A stretch of 50,492 nt of DNA from Salisapilia sapeloensis CBS 127946. Taxonomy: Eukaryota > Protista > Oomycota. The number at the start of each line of letters is the position of its first letter. Within the stretch, counting starts at the first letter, position 1. The notes beneath the pieces are model-generated. The model had not been told where the DNA came from and did no database searches. It worked only from the letters and a program-made list of their open reading frames with translations. This document shows positions 1 to 10,652 of the stretch, piece after piece. The translations under genes were made by a program, and so were the position numbers. The DNA is taken from the NCBI GenBank assembly GCA_023334545.1, contig JAADVB010000135.1, forward strand, positions 1 through 50,492, in the 5' to 3' direction.

Positions 1-354
1 AGACCAAGGCAAGGTTACCAAGGCTTCAGCAGCGAGGTAGATGGTACCTTCGGCGTTCAGGTACGCTTGAATGAATGGGTAGATGGTAGCGGGGAGCACA
101 CCGTAAATGAGGCCGACGGCAGCGTACTGAATGGGAATGCCAATATACTCTCGGCTGAAAAGCTCAGGCTTTCCACCAGGACGAAGAGCACCATCTTCTT
201 GGACTATCGTTGGAACAACGGCATCACGCTCGGGTGTCTTGACATTTTCGTACGCACTAGCGAGGTCTTGCTCTTTGGAGACAGCGCTGGCGTTGGAGAG
301 GCGGGCAGCTAGTTCGGCCTTGCCTCCAATGAAGTTGGCATCCAACCCAGACAT
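1..354 (-). CDS. Folate-biopterin transporter (FBT/BT1) family protein, 5' part only; runs off the left window edge
   Basis: ATG at 354 on the minus strand, open to position 1 (118 codons). Translates MSGLDANFIGG...EDGALRPGGKPELFSREYIGIPIQYAAVGLIYGVLPATIYPFIQAYLNAEG...LVTLPWS, the N-terminus I recognise from oomycete FBT transporters. Absent from the ORF track because the stop is outside the window. Confidence 0.8.
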   Translation of the reverse strand, partial: MSGLDANFIGGKAELAARLSNASAVSKEQDLASAYENVKTPERDAVVPTIVQEDGALRPGGKPELFSREYIGIPIQYAAVGLIYGVLPATIYPFIQAYLNAEGTIYLAAEALVTLPWS

Positions 355-390
355 GACTAAGAGCAAGAGAGCGCTGTTGGGCAGTCGACG

Positions 391-408
391 TCAAATTCGC
401 GAATGAGC
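391..408 (-). promoter_or_regulatory. Inr-FPR-like oomycete core promoter element of the FBT gene
   Basis: Minus strand reads GCTCATTCGCGAATTTGA, close to the oomycete consensus GCTCATTYYNCAWTTT, about 40-50 nt upstream of the ATG. Confidence 0.5.
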
Positions 409-2961
409 CAGGAAGTGACATAAGTCCTGACAACGCGCAAAGGGGTGATAAGTTCCAACTGTATGATCAGCAGGTGGTCGCTGTGGCGAAGTCTGAAGTT
501 ATAATTGGGTAGCCTTCAGGCGTCTGGTTAGTGTCGAGACCGACAACAGTGTGAAAAACATGACACTGTGCGTCTGATTTGCTGAGTTAGGCTGACTGCT
601 ACGACACGAAACTGCCTTAACTTTTCTTATGGTCCAAGCGGTCATGTCGGTCATGTGAATGTGGAGGAATGGCATCAATGCATTGTTAATAATAGAATTC
701 CTAGTTCGATGTGGATGCGCATCCTATCTAGCCTACCTGTTGCTAAAGAAACGTGGCCAAACGTCATTGTGGGAGGACTCGTCCACTCCCTAGCGCTCTA
801 TTCATCTTTGCTTCAAATGTCGAAGCCTGAAAATCTCCTACCGCTGTATCACTCTGAATCGTGGATGCAAACTCATTGCACACGTTTCACCTTTTCTCAA
901 AGATCCTATGCGTTCCGCCTTTCCCGTAAAATGACTGATGCAATGGGCAAGTGACGAGACGTACCACCACGTAGCATAATGTAACTATTTATCCGTGATC
1001 AAGGTGACCCGTTTCTCAAGCCATACCTTCAAAAGTTTTATGTTATTTGTTCGTGACTTCATCGAGCGCACGTTTGCATTGTTTCGGCGCGTAGACATAT
1101 CACTCTTTTGAATGGAAAGGAATGACTAATCTTTCGTTTTCACGGCACGATGGAGCTCAAGAGAGATCAATTACAATTGCGTACCCTTGAACGTAGAGTT
1201 GTACTATCATGAAAGAATAGAGTTCGTGGCATATGACAGAGGTACTGAACTGTTGCACGTCAGGGATACGCTTTGAATGCGAGTATGGAGTTAGCTTAGC
1301 TTTCGTCGACATATAAAAAGAGAGTGCGATCTGAGTGGTCTGTGTGCAGCCAGTGGTAACCCAGCTGGCCGAGGCGCAAGCAGTCCAAAACTATACTGCC
1401 TATTCGTACGGGCTAGCTGCCTATGCGAGCTTTCTTTTTCACTTGCAATTACGACAAATGCATCCAATTTTGCTACTTTTACCGTTGCGTCGTCGTGCAG
1501 GGAAGCTCGTACCTCACAGCAGATATGAAAAAGATGTTGGCTTGATTTCTATATTACTTATAGGCGATTATCAAAAGTCGTGGTCAAAGTTGAACCCGTG
1601 TATCTCCAAGCGGCACTTAAAACATCCGGCAGACTCGCACGAACTCTTTATTTGATCATTTTCCTGCCTACAAAAGTACTATGGATGATTGATCAGTTTG
1701 CTAATTACTATAAAGCTGTGCTACATGACTAGAGGTCCTCAGTCTTGAAGTGTCTTTGAAAGCTGGCAATGAGTATGCTCAGCTTGTTTGTAGTGACAAT
1801 GACTATACACTTTACGAGTGCGCTTCAAATATATCCTTCTTATAAGCGCCTCGTAAGTTGCAAAGGATCGCAAGGCCTTAATTTGATGACTGCATTGTAG
1901 TACGCTGTCCTTGTATAAATAGCCCTGTAGTGATTTTCAGTAGTGAGGATGAAGAAAAAGATCATCTATCAAGGGCGTAGTAGCCGTTGCCGTTTGTTGT
2001 ACCACAAGTTACGGGAGTTTGCCATGCAGCTATTGTGGATTCCAGGCACAAGAAATCGACTTGCATTTCGTTTGTACTCTGGTCATTCGAGCCAGCAGAA
2101 AGCAGCCGTGCGTTGCTGCTAGTTCGGTAGTTTGATTGCAAGGATAGATTTGAAGGATCAGCCTTGAATTTCGATGATGGGAGAAGAAACTTCGACTTTG
2201 GTCAATGGATGACCATCGCAATCAAACCCATACCGTCTCCTGCTTGCTAGAGTATCCAGTGGTACTAGTAGCCGGCGGTTACTTACTTTGCTCTTGTCAC
2301 CATGTTGTCTCTTGTACTTTCAATTTACAACTGAAAGAGCTTCTTTACTTTTAGTCGCTTTTAAGAGCAACGATGGCCACTTGGATGCTAATAGTCCTCT
2401 CGTGGCGATATGATTGTAACCAACTGATTGTTTTGTAGTCAGGCAACCCATCCGTATAATTTTGTAGTGTTTCTACGCTTCTAGCGTCGCTCGCTACGTT
2501 TATGCTCGTACCCGATCTTTTCGATTTTTATCAGGCAGCTAAAGTCAGGGTCACTATTTTTCATCTCGTTCCAGCGAGTCTAGTACGAAGATATAATGCA
2601 TTTTCCAGTGCGGAGTCTACTAGCGTTCGAATACGACTTCTGTTTATCTCCCTCGGTACTCGTTAAATGCCATTCTCTCGTCCACTTTGACACGTCAATG
2701 ACCCAGCTGCCAACACCGGAGCTAATTTTTACGCTTGTCATGCGGATTAAAACCCGTCATTCATCGTTGATTGGGTGTCTCAAGTACGTTTTACAGCATA
2801 TTCAAGTAAAAACTATGTTTTATGAAGAAGTTGAAGGTTGGAAAGATAGAAGGTGCACGTGGGCACGAATAACGACGTGTACTGACATTGCGAAATGAAT
2901 GGAGATCGGTCAGATCACAAAATAAAAGAAGAAATTCACTACTCGAGCTTTCTTGCCGGTC

Positions 2962-4200
2962 ATGGTGTCACATCCGCCAATGCGTTCAATGGACTTGTTT
3001 CCGAGTCTCCAGATTACATCGGAAGATCATCGCAGCATTGAAACTGCAGCGCAGCGCCTTGTACAGACACACATGGAAGAGTATGAAGAACTCCGACGGA
3101 CGAAAAAAGAACTTCCGAATGGTAGATGGCATTTCGTTCGTCGAGATGATGATATTCGAGCCTATGTCCAGAAAAGAGATGGAGACAGCCATGCCAATAA
3201 CTGGGTCTTTGCGGCGCCAACTCGCGTCCGTACTCGCCGTACGCCCGGAGAGTCAGCGAGCCCTTCGAATGATATCGCGGACTTTAGATTCATTGGGAAG
3301 CTCCATGGATCCTTGGACGATGTCATGTACGGCGTCATTAATCCGACACTAGACTCTATGCGTGTGAAAACAGCCTACTTGAAAGACGACACGGTGGATG
3401 CCGCCATCTTATCAACCATCCACAAGCCGTCCATTACCGATCCATTCCGCTCGCTTGTGATCAAGTACCGAGAAAACACGCATCTACCGGTCATTCGGTT
3501 AGTAGCGAAAAGCCACTATTACGTCTACATGGAGTACAACGGCATCGCTTTCCTACCGAGTGGAGAGCGCATTGGATTCCACTTATTACATTCTCTTTCT
3601 TTCCCTGGACTCCACAAACTGAAGCATGCGACCCCTGGTAACTTGGCCTTATGTGGCGTCTTTCGAGAAACGGAGCCAGGTGTCGTGGAAATCTACAATC
3701 GGGCAGCTTTCTATTGTGGCGGAGAGCTCCAACGACCGTTCGTGATCCAAGAAGCGGCAAAAGTCGTGAGCATTAACTTGAACGGACACATCCATTGCGG
3801 TTTCATGAAAAAGTTGGCATGGTACATCCGCCAGTCCGCAGGGAAAGAAGGCCGTCGGCTATCGGCTGCGTGTAAGACCTGTGGTCGACTTGTCGATTCG
3901 ATGCTCAAGAAAGGATCGAGATGCCAAATCTGCCGGAAAGCATTGTGCAAAAAGTGTAGTATACATCAGGAGCTCTATTCGTTCGGAAGTGATCAGAATG
4001 TGCATTGCCAACGTGTCTTTGTGTGCGCGTTGTGCATAGAAAAGGTCGAGCATGCCTCCACCTTGACATTGGCGCGAGAAGAGCTAGACTATGAGGACGG
4101 CTTGGACGACATGCACCGACCGTCTCACCAAGCACGAGCTAAGTCGACCAGGACCTCTACAGACAAGTTCAAGTATCTATTATCTACCAACTCCGCATGA
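2962..4200 (+). CDS. START-like domain plus degenerate FYVE-type zinc finger protein (oomycete-expanded family), about 412 aa
   Basis: First ATG at 2962, no intron needed. Family motifs: W..V......Y, GKLHGSLDDVMYGV, D.A.L.TI..PS..DPFRSL.IK, SGERIG..L.HS..FP, MKKLAW, then CxxC...CxxC...CxxC...CxxC. Confidence 0.85.
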   Translation: MVSHPPMRSMDLFPSLQITSEDHRSIETAAQRLVQTHMEEYEELRRTKKELPNGRWHFVRRDDDIRAYVQKRDGDSHANNWVFAAPTRVRTRRTPGESASPSNDIADFRFIGKLHGSLDDVMYGVINPTLDSMRVKTAYLKDDTVDAAILSTIHKPSITDPFRSLVIKYRENTHLPVIRLVAKSHYYVYMEYNGIAFLPSGERIGFHLLHSLSFPGLHKLKHATPGNLALCGVFRETEPGVVEIYNRAAFYCGGELQRPFVIQEAAKVVSINLNGHIHCGFMKKLAWYIRQSAGKEGRRLSAACKTCGRLVDSMLKKGSRCQICRKALCKKCSIHQELYSFGSDQNVHCQRVFVCALCIEKVEHASTLTLAREELDYEDGLDDMHRPSHQARAKSTRTSTDKFKYLLSTNSA

Positions 4201-4443
4201 ACGAAGGCTAGGCACTATCATTTTTTCGCGGTACTCTTCCGAAAGATTTTACCGCCACTTTTACCGTATCTTCCTACTTTAGCTACTTTAAATTGAAGCA
4301 ATAAATTTCTACTTGTTCGATTTGCTTCACAGTATGCGACGCACCACGAAGTCGTTTCTACTTCTGGTCGGATGCAAGAGTCTATTCGTAGTTCATTCTT
4401 GAATCGACCAAGTACTCACCAAATCGACCGCACCACCAGAAAA

Positions 4444-4833
4444 ATGTTCACGTCCATGCTTCGTCAGCGTCTTCGTCAGACCACAGTTTCGGGAAAGCGA
4501 TTCTTTTCCGACAAGTCTTCCAGCCAAGGCAAGGTGCCTGCCTTCAACGTTGATGGCAAAAGCAAATCGTACGTTCAAATGATCCGCACGCGCGATCCGG
4601 AGATCTTCCCCTTGTTAGCATGCCTCGGCGCCGCTGCAGCGCTCATCGGCGGTGTCTCGTACAACAAGTTGAACCACGATCCGTCGGTGAACTTTGACCC
4701 AGAGCGTCGCCAGACAGAGTCCCATGACCGCATCCACCCGAGTGAGGGCGAGCGTTACATCCAACATCATGACTCGATGAAGCACGCCGCTCCGAACGCA
4801 GCCAACCAGCATGTGGAGCAGGAAGGAAAGTAA
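4444..4833 (+). CDS. NDUFA4/B12D-like small mitochondrial membrane protein, about 129 aa
   Basis: Arg/Ser-rich presequence-like N-terminus (MFTSMLRQRLRQ...KRFFS), then DPEIFPLLACLGAAAALIGGVSYNKLNHDPSV, matching the PE.xPL-TM-L..xPxV pattern of this family. AATAAA follows the stop. Confidence 0.7.
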   Translation: MFTSMLRQRLRQTTVSGKRFFSDKSSSQGKVPAFNVDGKSKSYVQMIRTRDPEIFPLLACLGAAAALIGGVSYNKLNHDPSVNFDPERRQTESHDRIHPSEGERYIQHHDSMKHAAPNAANQHVEQEGK

Positions 4834-4868
4834 TTTTTAATAAAAAAGCACATGAGATTTATCTTTTG

Positions 4869-6728
4869 TTAGCTGTCGTTCACCAGTACCTTGGCTCCGT
4901 CCTATACACCGCATTAGTCCTTCATTGTAAAGAGAAGAGTAGATGTAGTATACCTGGAGACCATACCACCCGATCTCTGCATTATCATCATCCATGGGTA
5001 GCGGCATGCTCTATCCTAGTCGTTAGTAGACATTTCTACTAGACAAGCGATAAACGTACTTTGGTATCGACTTGAAGCGACAGATGCAACTTTTCTGCGT
5101 CCACTCGCCACTTCTTCCCGGCAAGATGCTTGACTTGGCTAATCGTCATTTTCTCCGGAATCCGCTTGTCGATCGGATCACACCCAGCGGCAACAGCAGC
5201 GACTGGGACCAGTTGAACACGCACTAGGCTCTTGCTTAGTTTCTCTGGTCCGTCGCTACCACCATCCGTGTGTATACGAATGTGAGGATACTTGTCCATC
5301 AACTCTTTCAGTCGCGGATGTAGCATCTGCATGTGGTCATCGTCCGAGTTGTTATCAGCGTTTACGGCCAACTCGGCCAAGACTCGCTTCAAGTATAATT
5401 GTTCCGAGTCCTGACGCTCTCGACTGCGTACGTCGCCGCCATTAACAGTCTGTAAGTGTGCCACACGAGCGATGAGGAGCAATCTGGATTCGCCTGCACT
5501 CATACCGTGCACTAGTTTATTCCGCATGAAGCGGAGAGAGACGAGATGAGGGTATGAGTTCAAGTGGTCAATGGACCGCCACGACTCGATTTGATTGTCC
5601 GAGATCGAAAGTGACTGAAGACTCGGAAACACTTTGCGATCCACTTGACCCGACAGTGCTTTAATATCATTGTTGTTTACTACTAGCTGCACGAGACGTG
5701 AGAAGAGCGTCCCGACTGTTGATTCCACGACGTCCCAATCACAAAGACAATTGTCACTTAGATCCAACACTCGTAGACTGTGCTGCCACTCGCCTAAGTT
5801 ACTAGCGAAAGCTGTTTGTAGTTTATCATTCGACACATCATTTCCAGCAAAATGGAGCTCTTCCAGATGAGGAAAGTGATGATTGATCATCTGTACGACA
5901 TCTACAAGGTCTAACTGCGTCTTGTGCAGCACCAGAACCTTAAGGTTAGGATAGACAGCGGTAGGGTATGTAGTATTGACTAGACCCTGTGGAAAGCGAG
6001 TGTCACTAAGCACGAGTGTATCCAAGTGGGGTAGTTCTGAAAGTAAAGTAGAGATTTCTCGCCAGTCGGAAAAGAGATTCGACGACAGATCGATCTCGGA
6101 TAACTGAGGTACAAGGTCCTGCAGCTCCTTTGGGCTGGACAGACCGATTGATGCTATATGGGAAGAAGATAACGTGATGCGTTCGACCGTTCCCAAATTT
6201 TGCTGCGACTGGAGCTTCTTCGCTCCGACGAACTCGATCGTCCTAGTGCTGCCTAATGTCGTTCCAACCTGTCCAGTGGATTCGACGTCACCTTCTTTGA
6301 GCGGAATACTGTTTTTAGAAGTGTTGCCGCTCTCGCCTTTGCTATAGCGTTGACGAAGCTGATCCATCAATGTCGTACGTGTGGACGTCGCGATGCTGTC
6401 CATGGTGCTGACTTTGACAAACGAACACTTGTACTGAAGCGTCTTGTTGATACTCTTGGCTGGAGGTCCATCAAAATACCGATGAAAAGTACCTTGGCCG
6501 TCTACAACACTACCATCGTTTTTACCTCGTCCATATTCATCCCACTCGATGCCTAGATACACAAGATATTTAGATCTGCTTCATTTTGTCATTTTGGGGC
6601 GTATTACCGTAATACAACATTGCTGGATCTTTTGAAGTAGCAACGGTTCCAACATATCGGACCGTTCCTTTGCACTGTTCGCCATCCTCGATGCGCTGAC
6701 CTTCCTCGAATGCCGGCATCGCGGTCAT
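4869..6728 (-). CDS. TBCE: Tubulin-specific chaperone E (CAP-Gly + LRR + ubiquitin-like), 4 exons, about 567 aa
   Basis: Exons 6728-6608, 6552-5060, 5010-4954, 4901-4869; GT-AG introns of 55, 49 and 52 nt; frame conserved. CAP-Gly GTVRYVG...YYGIEWD..GRGKNDGS, LRRs (LDLSSNLF, LDLSDNCL), C-terminal UBL ending PMDDDNAEIGWYGLQDGAKVLV. Confidence 0.9.
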
Positions 6729-6935
6729 GCGCGACTTTTTATCTTAGTGTGCTGTCCTATTAAATTTATATCAATAAATAAATTACTATACATAAACTAC
6801 AGGTGTACTTTTACGGGACGATGAGCACCCCATCCAGTCGCTCCTGTCGATTATCAGAAAAGACCTCATCTCGTTTGTAGGTAGACTGATCTCCATTGAT
6901 ACGACGTCCTAGCGTTTTTTCATACAGCCACAGAC

Positions 6936-9230
6936 ATGCAGTCCTTTGCTTTTATGCGTGCAATCCGTGCGTGCCAACGTCCGTCGGCTACATCCATCAA
7001 TCTTCGGTCTATCTCCACGACCTCGCCACTGCTTAAGCGTCGAGGTGGCAATTCTGCCTTTGCACCGAAGAAGTCGAACTACCGACCGCCAGAAAATAAG
7101 AAGAAGAACCAAAAGGACATTGCACGACACAAGACACATGAACAGAGTCTACAAGAACTGCGCAATGGGAGCCTCATGAATGCTCGAAACCAGGAGCTGT
7201 GGAGATCGATGGAGCAGGACGAAACGCTCCAGCGAGAACTTGATGAAGTGCATGACTACTTGGAGAATCTCGGTCCAGAAGGTGACTACATCTATGAAAA
7301 AGAACCGACGTTGGCGGATCTAGACGTCTCCGATGTTTTCCACAAACTTAATGCCGTCGCCCGTGGAGACTCGGACGTGCAGCAAGAGATGGAGGAATTA
7401 GAAGAGCATGTTGTTCGGGAACTAAGTGTTGAGGATTATAACTTTGCTCTTCAAGTGCTAGCAGCAAAAGGAGAGCACACGAAAGCGAACGCTCTGCTCA
7501 CGCGTATGGAACAGAACCTGGCTCAGTACACGCATACAGACACGCAAGTGTCTGTCGGCAGTGCTTCCAGTACTTCTGGAGCCGTTGATGAAGACCTCTT
7601 GAACGAACTGTCTGACATTCCTCACCACGTCGGTCCAGACACCGAGTCGTACATGTTCTACCTGAACGCTCTCGCTAGAACTGCCCAAAATGACTCCTCT
7701 GCACCTGCCACTGCAGTCCGTACGATTGGCCGAATGAAAGAGAGAGGAGTCATCCCAGACGTGACGACGTACAATGCTGCCATGAACGTCTGTGCTAAGG
7801 CAGGACGCACGACGTGGGCGTACAATTTGATGGAAAAGATGCAGGTGGCAGGTCTTGTTCCCGATCAGACGTCTTTCACTGTCCTCATGCAGGCCGCCAT
7901 TGATGAAGGCGACGTCGACAAAGCATTTGAGACGTTCCACCTTTTGCGTGCTCACGTGGCGGACCCGAACGTCTATGCGTTCTCGGTACTTATCCACGGC
8001 TTTGCCAAAATCGGCCGTGTCGAACGAGCTTTAAACTTGTTGGACGATATGCTTGAAAGTGGCCTCACCCCATCACCGGTGACGTTTAACACGCTCATCA
8101 ACGCCTGTGCCAAGTCCCACTATTACGCACACAAAGCGATTGAGTTTTACCAGGAGATGCAAGAGCTGTACGACTACATCCCGGACGTCGTGACGTACAA
8201 TACTGTCCTGCATGCATGTGCCAAGCAAGGAGATGTCGTCCAGGCGGAGGAAGTCCTTGGACACATGCGAAAGCATCAGGTGCCCATGGATGAAATCACG
8301 TACAACACGATGCTCAACGTCTACGCTCGGTCGCAGATGAAGAAGATTGTGAAGAAAGCGCCTCGTAACAAGCCTGAACCAGGTCCGAACCAGCCCATTT
8401 ACCAAGAACCGATCGAATATGACGAGCAAGGTCGACACGTCGACTTGTCTCGACCATTCCGAGAGACAACATCGTTGGAGAACTGGAATTATGATGGCAC
8501 GATGGATGATGAGGAAGGCATGGAACTATCGGAGGACGAACAGAAGCAGATGGATGCGATCGTGCAGTCGGACAAGCGAGAGTATGACGAGCTGGAGCAG
8601 CGACCAATGGACTTGACGGACTTTGGTCGACACCAGGAGAGTAACTTGGAAAAGGCGGAGCGGTTGTTTGCTGAACTCCAGGAAGACGAAAACGTTCGCG
8701 TCACGACTGCTAGTCTCAACTCGATGTTGGGCGTGTACGCCAATGCCATGCGTCACCAACGCTCCCGTCGGTTCTTTGAGAACTCGTATGATGAGCTAGG
8801 TCTGCGTCGAGACAAGTACACGTATCGGATGATCATGCAGTTGTTCGTACGTTCAAAGCGGATTGAGAATGCTGAAGCCATGTACGAAGAGTTGAAGAAG
8901 AAATACCGAGATGGAGATATGAAGCCGGATAATGTTGTCTTGGGCATGATGGTGGACCTGTATGCACGTCACAATAAGCTCAGAAGAGCGTTGGTTTGTC
9001 TCGAGGAAATCGAAGCGATGGGCGTGACGCTGCAGGAGAAGCATTTGAAAAAGGTGCGTCGACTGAGTGGCAGACTGGAAGTGTACACGGACCTTATTCC
9101 GGAACGACCTGATGAGGTTGAACGCGCGGGCTCGAAGAGTCAACTCAAGCACCAGCGTAAAGTACGTGAAGAAGCCATCGCTTACAATCGAAAGGTTGGC
9201 AAGCGGTTCATCTTGCCAGAAACGGTGTAA
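6936..9230 (+). CDS. Pentatricopeptide repeat (PPR) protein, probably mitochondrial, 764 aa
   Basis: Tandem 35-aa P-type repeats (PDVTTYNAAMNVCAKAG, PNVYAFSVLIHGFAKIG, PSPVTFNTLINACAKS, PDVVTYNTVLHACAKQG and others). Basic, Ser-rich presequence-like N-terminus. Confidence 0.9.
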   Translation: MQSFAFMRAIRACQRPSATSINLRSISTTSPLLKRRGGNSAFAPKKSNYRPPENKKKNQKDIARHKTHEQSLQELRNGSLMNARNQELWRSMEQDETLQRELDEVHDYLENLGPEGDYIYEKEPTLADLDVSDVFHKLNAVARGDSDVQQEMEELEEHVVRELSVEDYNFALQVLAAKGEHTKANALLTRMEQNLAQYTHTDTQVSVGSASSTSGAVDEDLLNELSDIPHHVGPDTESYMFYLNALARTAQNDSSAPATAVRTIGRMKERGVIPDVTTYNAAMNVCAKAGRTTWAYNLMEKMQVAGLVPDQTSFTVLMQAAIDEGDVDKAFETFHLLRAHVADPNVYAFSVLIHGFAKIGRVERALNLLDDMLESGLTPSPVTFNTLINACAKSHYYAHKAIEFYQEMQELYDYIPDVVTYNTVLHACAKQGDVVQAEEVLGHMRKHQVPMDEITYNTMLNVYARSQMKKIVKKAPRNKPEPGPNQPIYQEPIEYDEQGRHVDLSRPFRETTSLENWNYDGTMDDEEGMELSEDEQKQMDAIVQSDKREYDELEQRPMDLTDFGRHQESNLEKAERLFAELQEDENVRVTTASLNSMLGVYANAMRHQRSRRFFENSYDELGLRRDKYTYRMIMQLFVRSKRIENAEAMYEELKKKYRDGDMKPDNVVLGMMVDLYARHNKLRRALVCLEEIEAMGVTLQEKHLKKVRRLSGRLEVYTDLIPERPDEVERAGSKSQLKHQRKVREEAIAYNRKVGKRFILPETV

Positions 9231-10652
9231 AGCAAATAAACACGATTCGATATGCATCACATACTTCATTCTTAGAGATATCTAGACGAAATGGATCAGT
9301 AGGAAGTTGTAGGTGTAAGGAAACGACATCGACTGACAAGGTTGACCGTTCGGGAATTTTAGGCCACCAGCAGCATACGGGGACAGCTCTGGATCGACGA
9401 ACGTGGAGGTATGTGGTTCTTCTATTCATAAGATGATGCTTTGTAGATTTAAAGATGATGATGTGCGTAGCAGTCGTCAGTAGAATGCACTGTATTGTCA
9501 GAGCAAGCCAAAGTGTTTGGTAACTTGGACCATTCGGCGATTTGAAGGAAGGAAGGACGTGCAAGGCCAAGCGTGCTGATTTTCATGGAACGCTTGAGTG
9601 GTAAATGCATGGACAAAGGCTCGGCATAGAGACGAAGACGCCATGAAATAAACATGCTAAACGACCTGGAGCTCTGCCATGCTAACCGAGGCGATTCTCA
9701 CGACCATCTAGATACCGATCGGACGGGTGCACACTATCTTTTGATTTCGCCACATGAACGAGTCCACCATACGCTCTATGAGAAAAACTCACTTCGGGTC
9801 ACCAAGCTTGCATCACGTGCCAAATAATAATCAAAGCCAGCGAAACCACCGTTGAGATCGGAATTGACTGTATCTTCAACACAGAAGAGCGAAGGCGTAC
9901 ACACACTTCTTTTGCTGCTTAACATAGGTCAACAGCTTTCCACTTGAGTACCGATGTCCGTAGCAAATACCTCCAACCACACACCCTACGTGCTATGCTA
10001 ATGTCGATCGGCTTGGAAAGTGTCGCGCTTTAAACGTCAGCTCGCATCGCCTTCTCACTCCACTACTTGAAGGATGAAAACATCACGTTCAACCACGAAA
10101 GCACGATGTGAATTACGAACTACGCCACGAACAGATTACACTACGTTGCACCTCAATACTGGTCACAATTACCCTCCATTTTATATTTGAATACGCTGAC
10201 TGCATTATACCTTATCGCTAGCATTTCACTCCTTACCTACTCTTGTCAAGTAAGTGCTGAGTTTTCTATCTCTTAACTATCCCGAGTACCACAACAAGAG
10301 AAGTCACATTTTACAAGCGTCATAGTCGACACATCGCTATCAAAAAATACAAAAGGAATCCATGTTCTGACGAGCTCAGACAATATTGAAGATCAGGTAG
10401 GAGACATGTTCCTTCCCTGTACAATCAAACACCCACTTAAGAGAACCAAGTACTCCAGCATGCTCCAGTCGCAATTGAACGAACATCTTTTGAGATAAGT
10501 GCAGACTCGTGTCACTGGTGGCGCAACCGCCAACGTTTCCTTTCGTTCATGTAAGCTTCAGTTATGTACCCGTTCGATCCAGCTGCTTTATCTCCATGCC
10601 ATGATGTTCAACCACTTCGCAAACGCAGTCGTCGGGATGTGCTCCTCTCAAT

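Noticed and set aside
1949-2122. 57-aa ORF containing LLWIPGTRNRLA, reminiscent of the retroelement RNase H motif IPG..N..AD.LSR
   Set aside because: Catalytic Asp absent, no other RT/RNase H motifs nearby, no LTR or repeat seen; consistent with chance.
4456-4467. MLRQ in the NDUFA4-like protein, matching the historical name 'MLRQ subunit'
   Set aside because: It lies in a variable Arg-rich presequence; treated as coincidence and not used as evidence.
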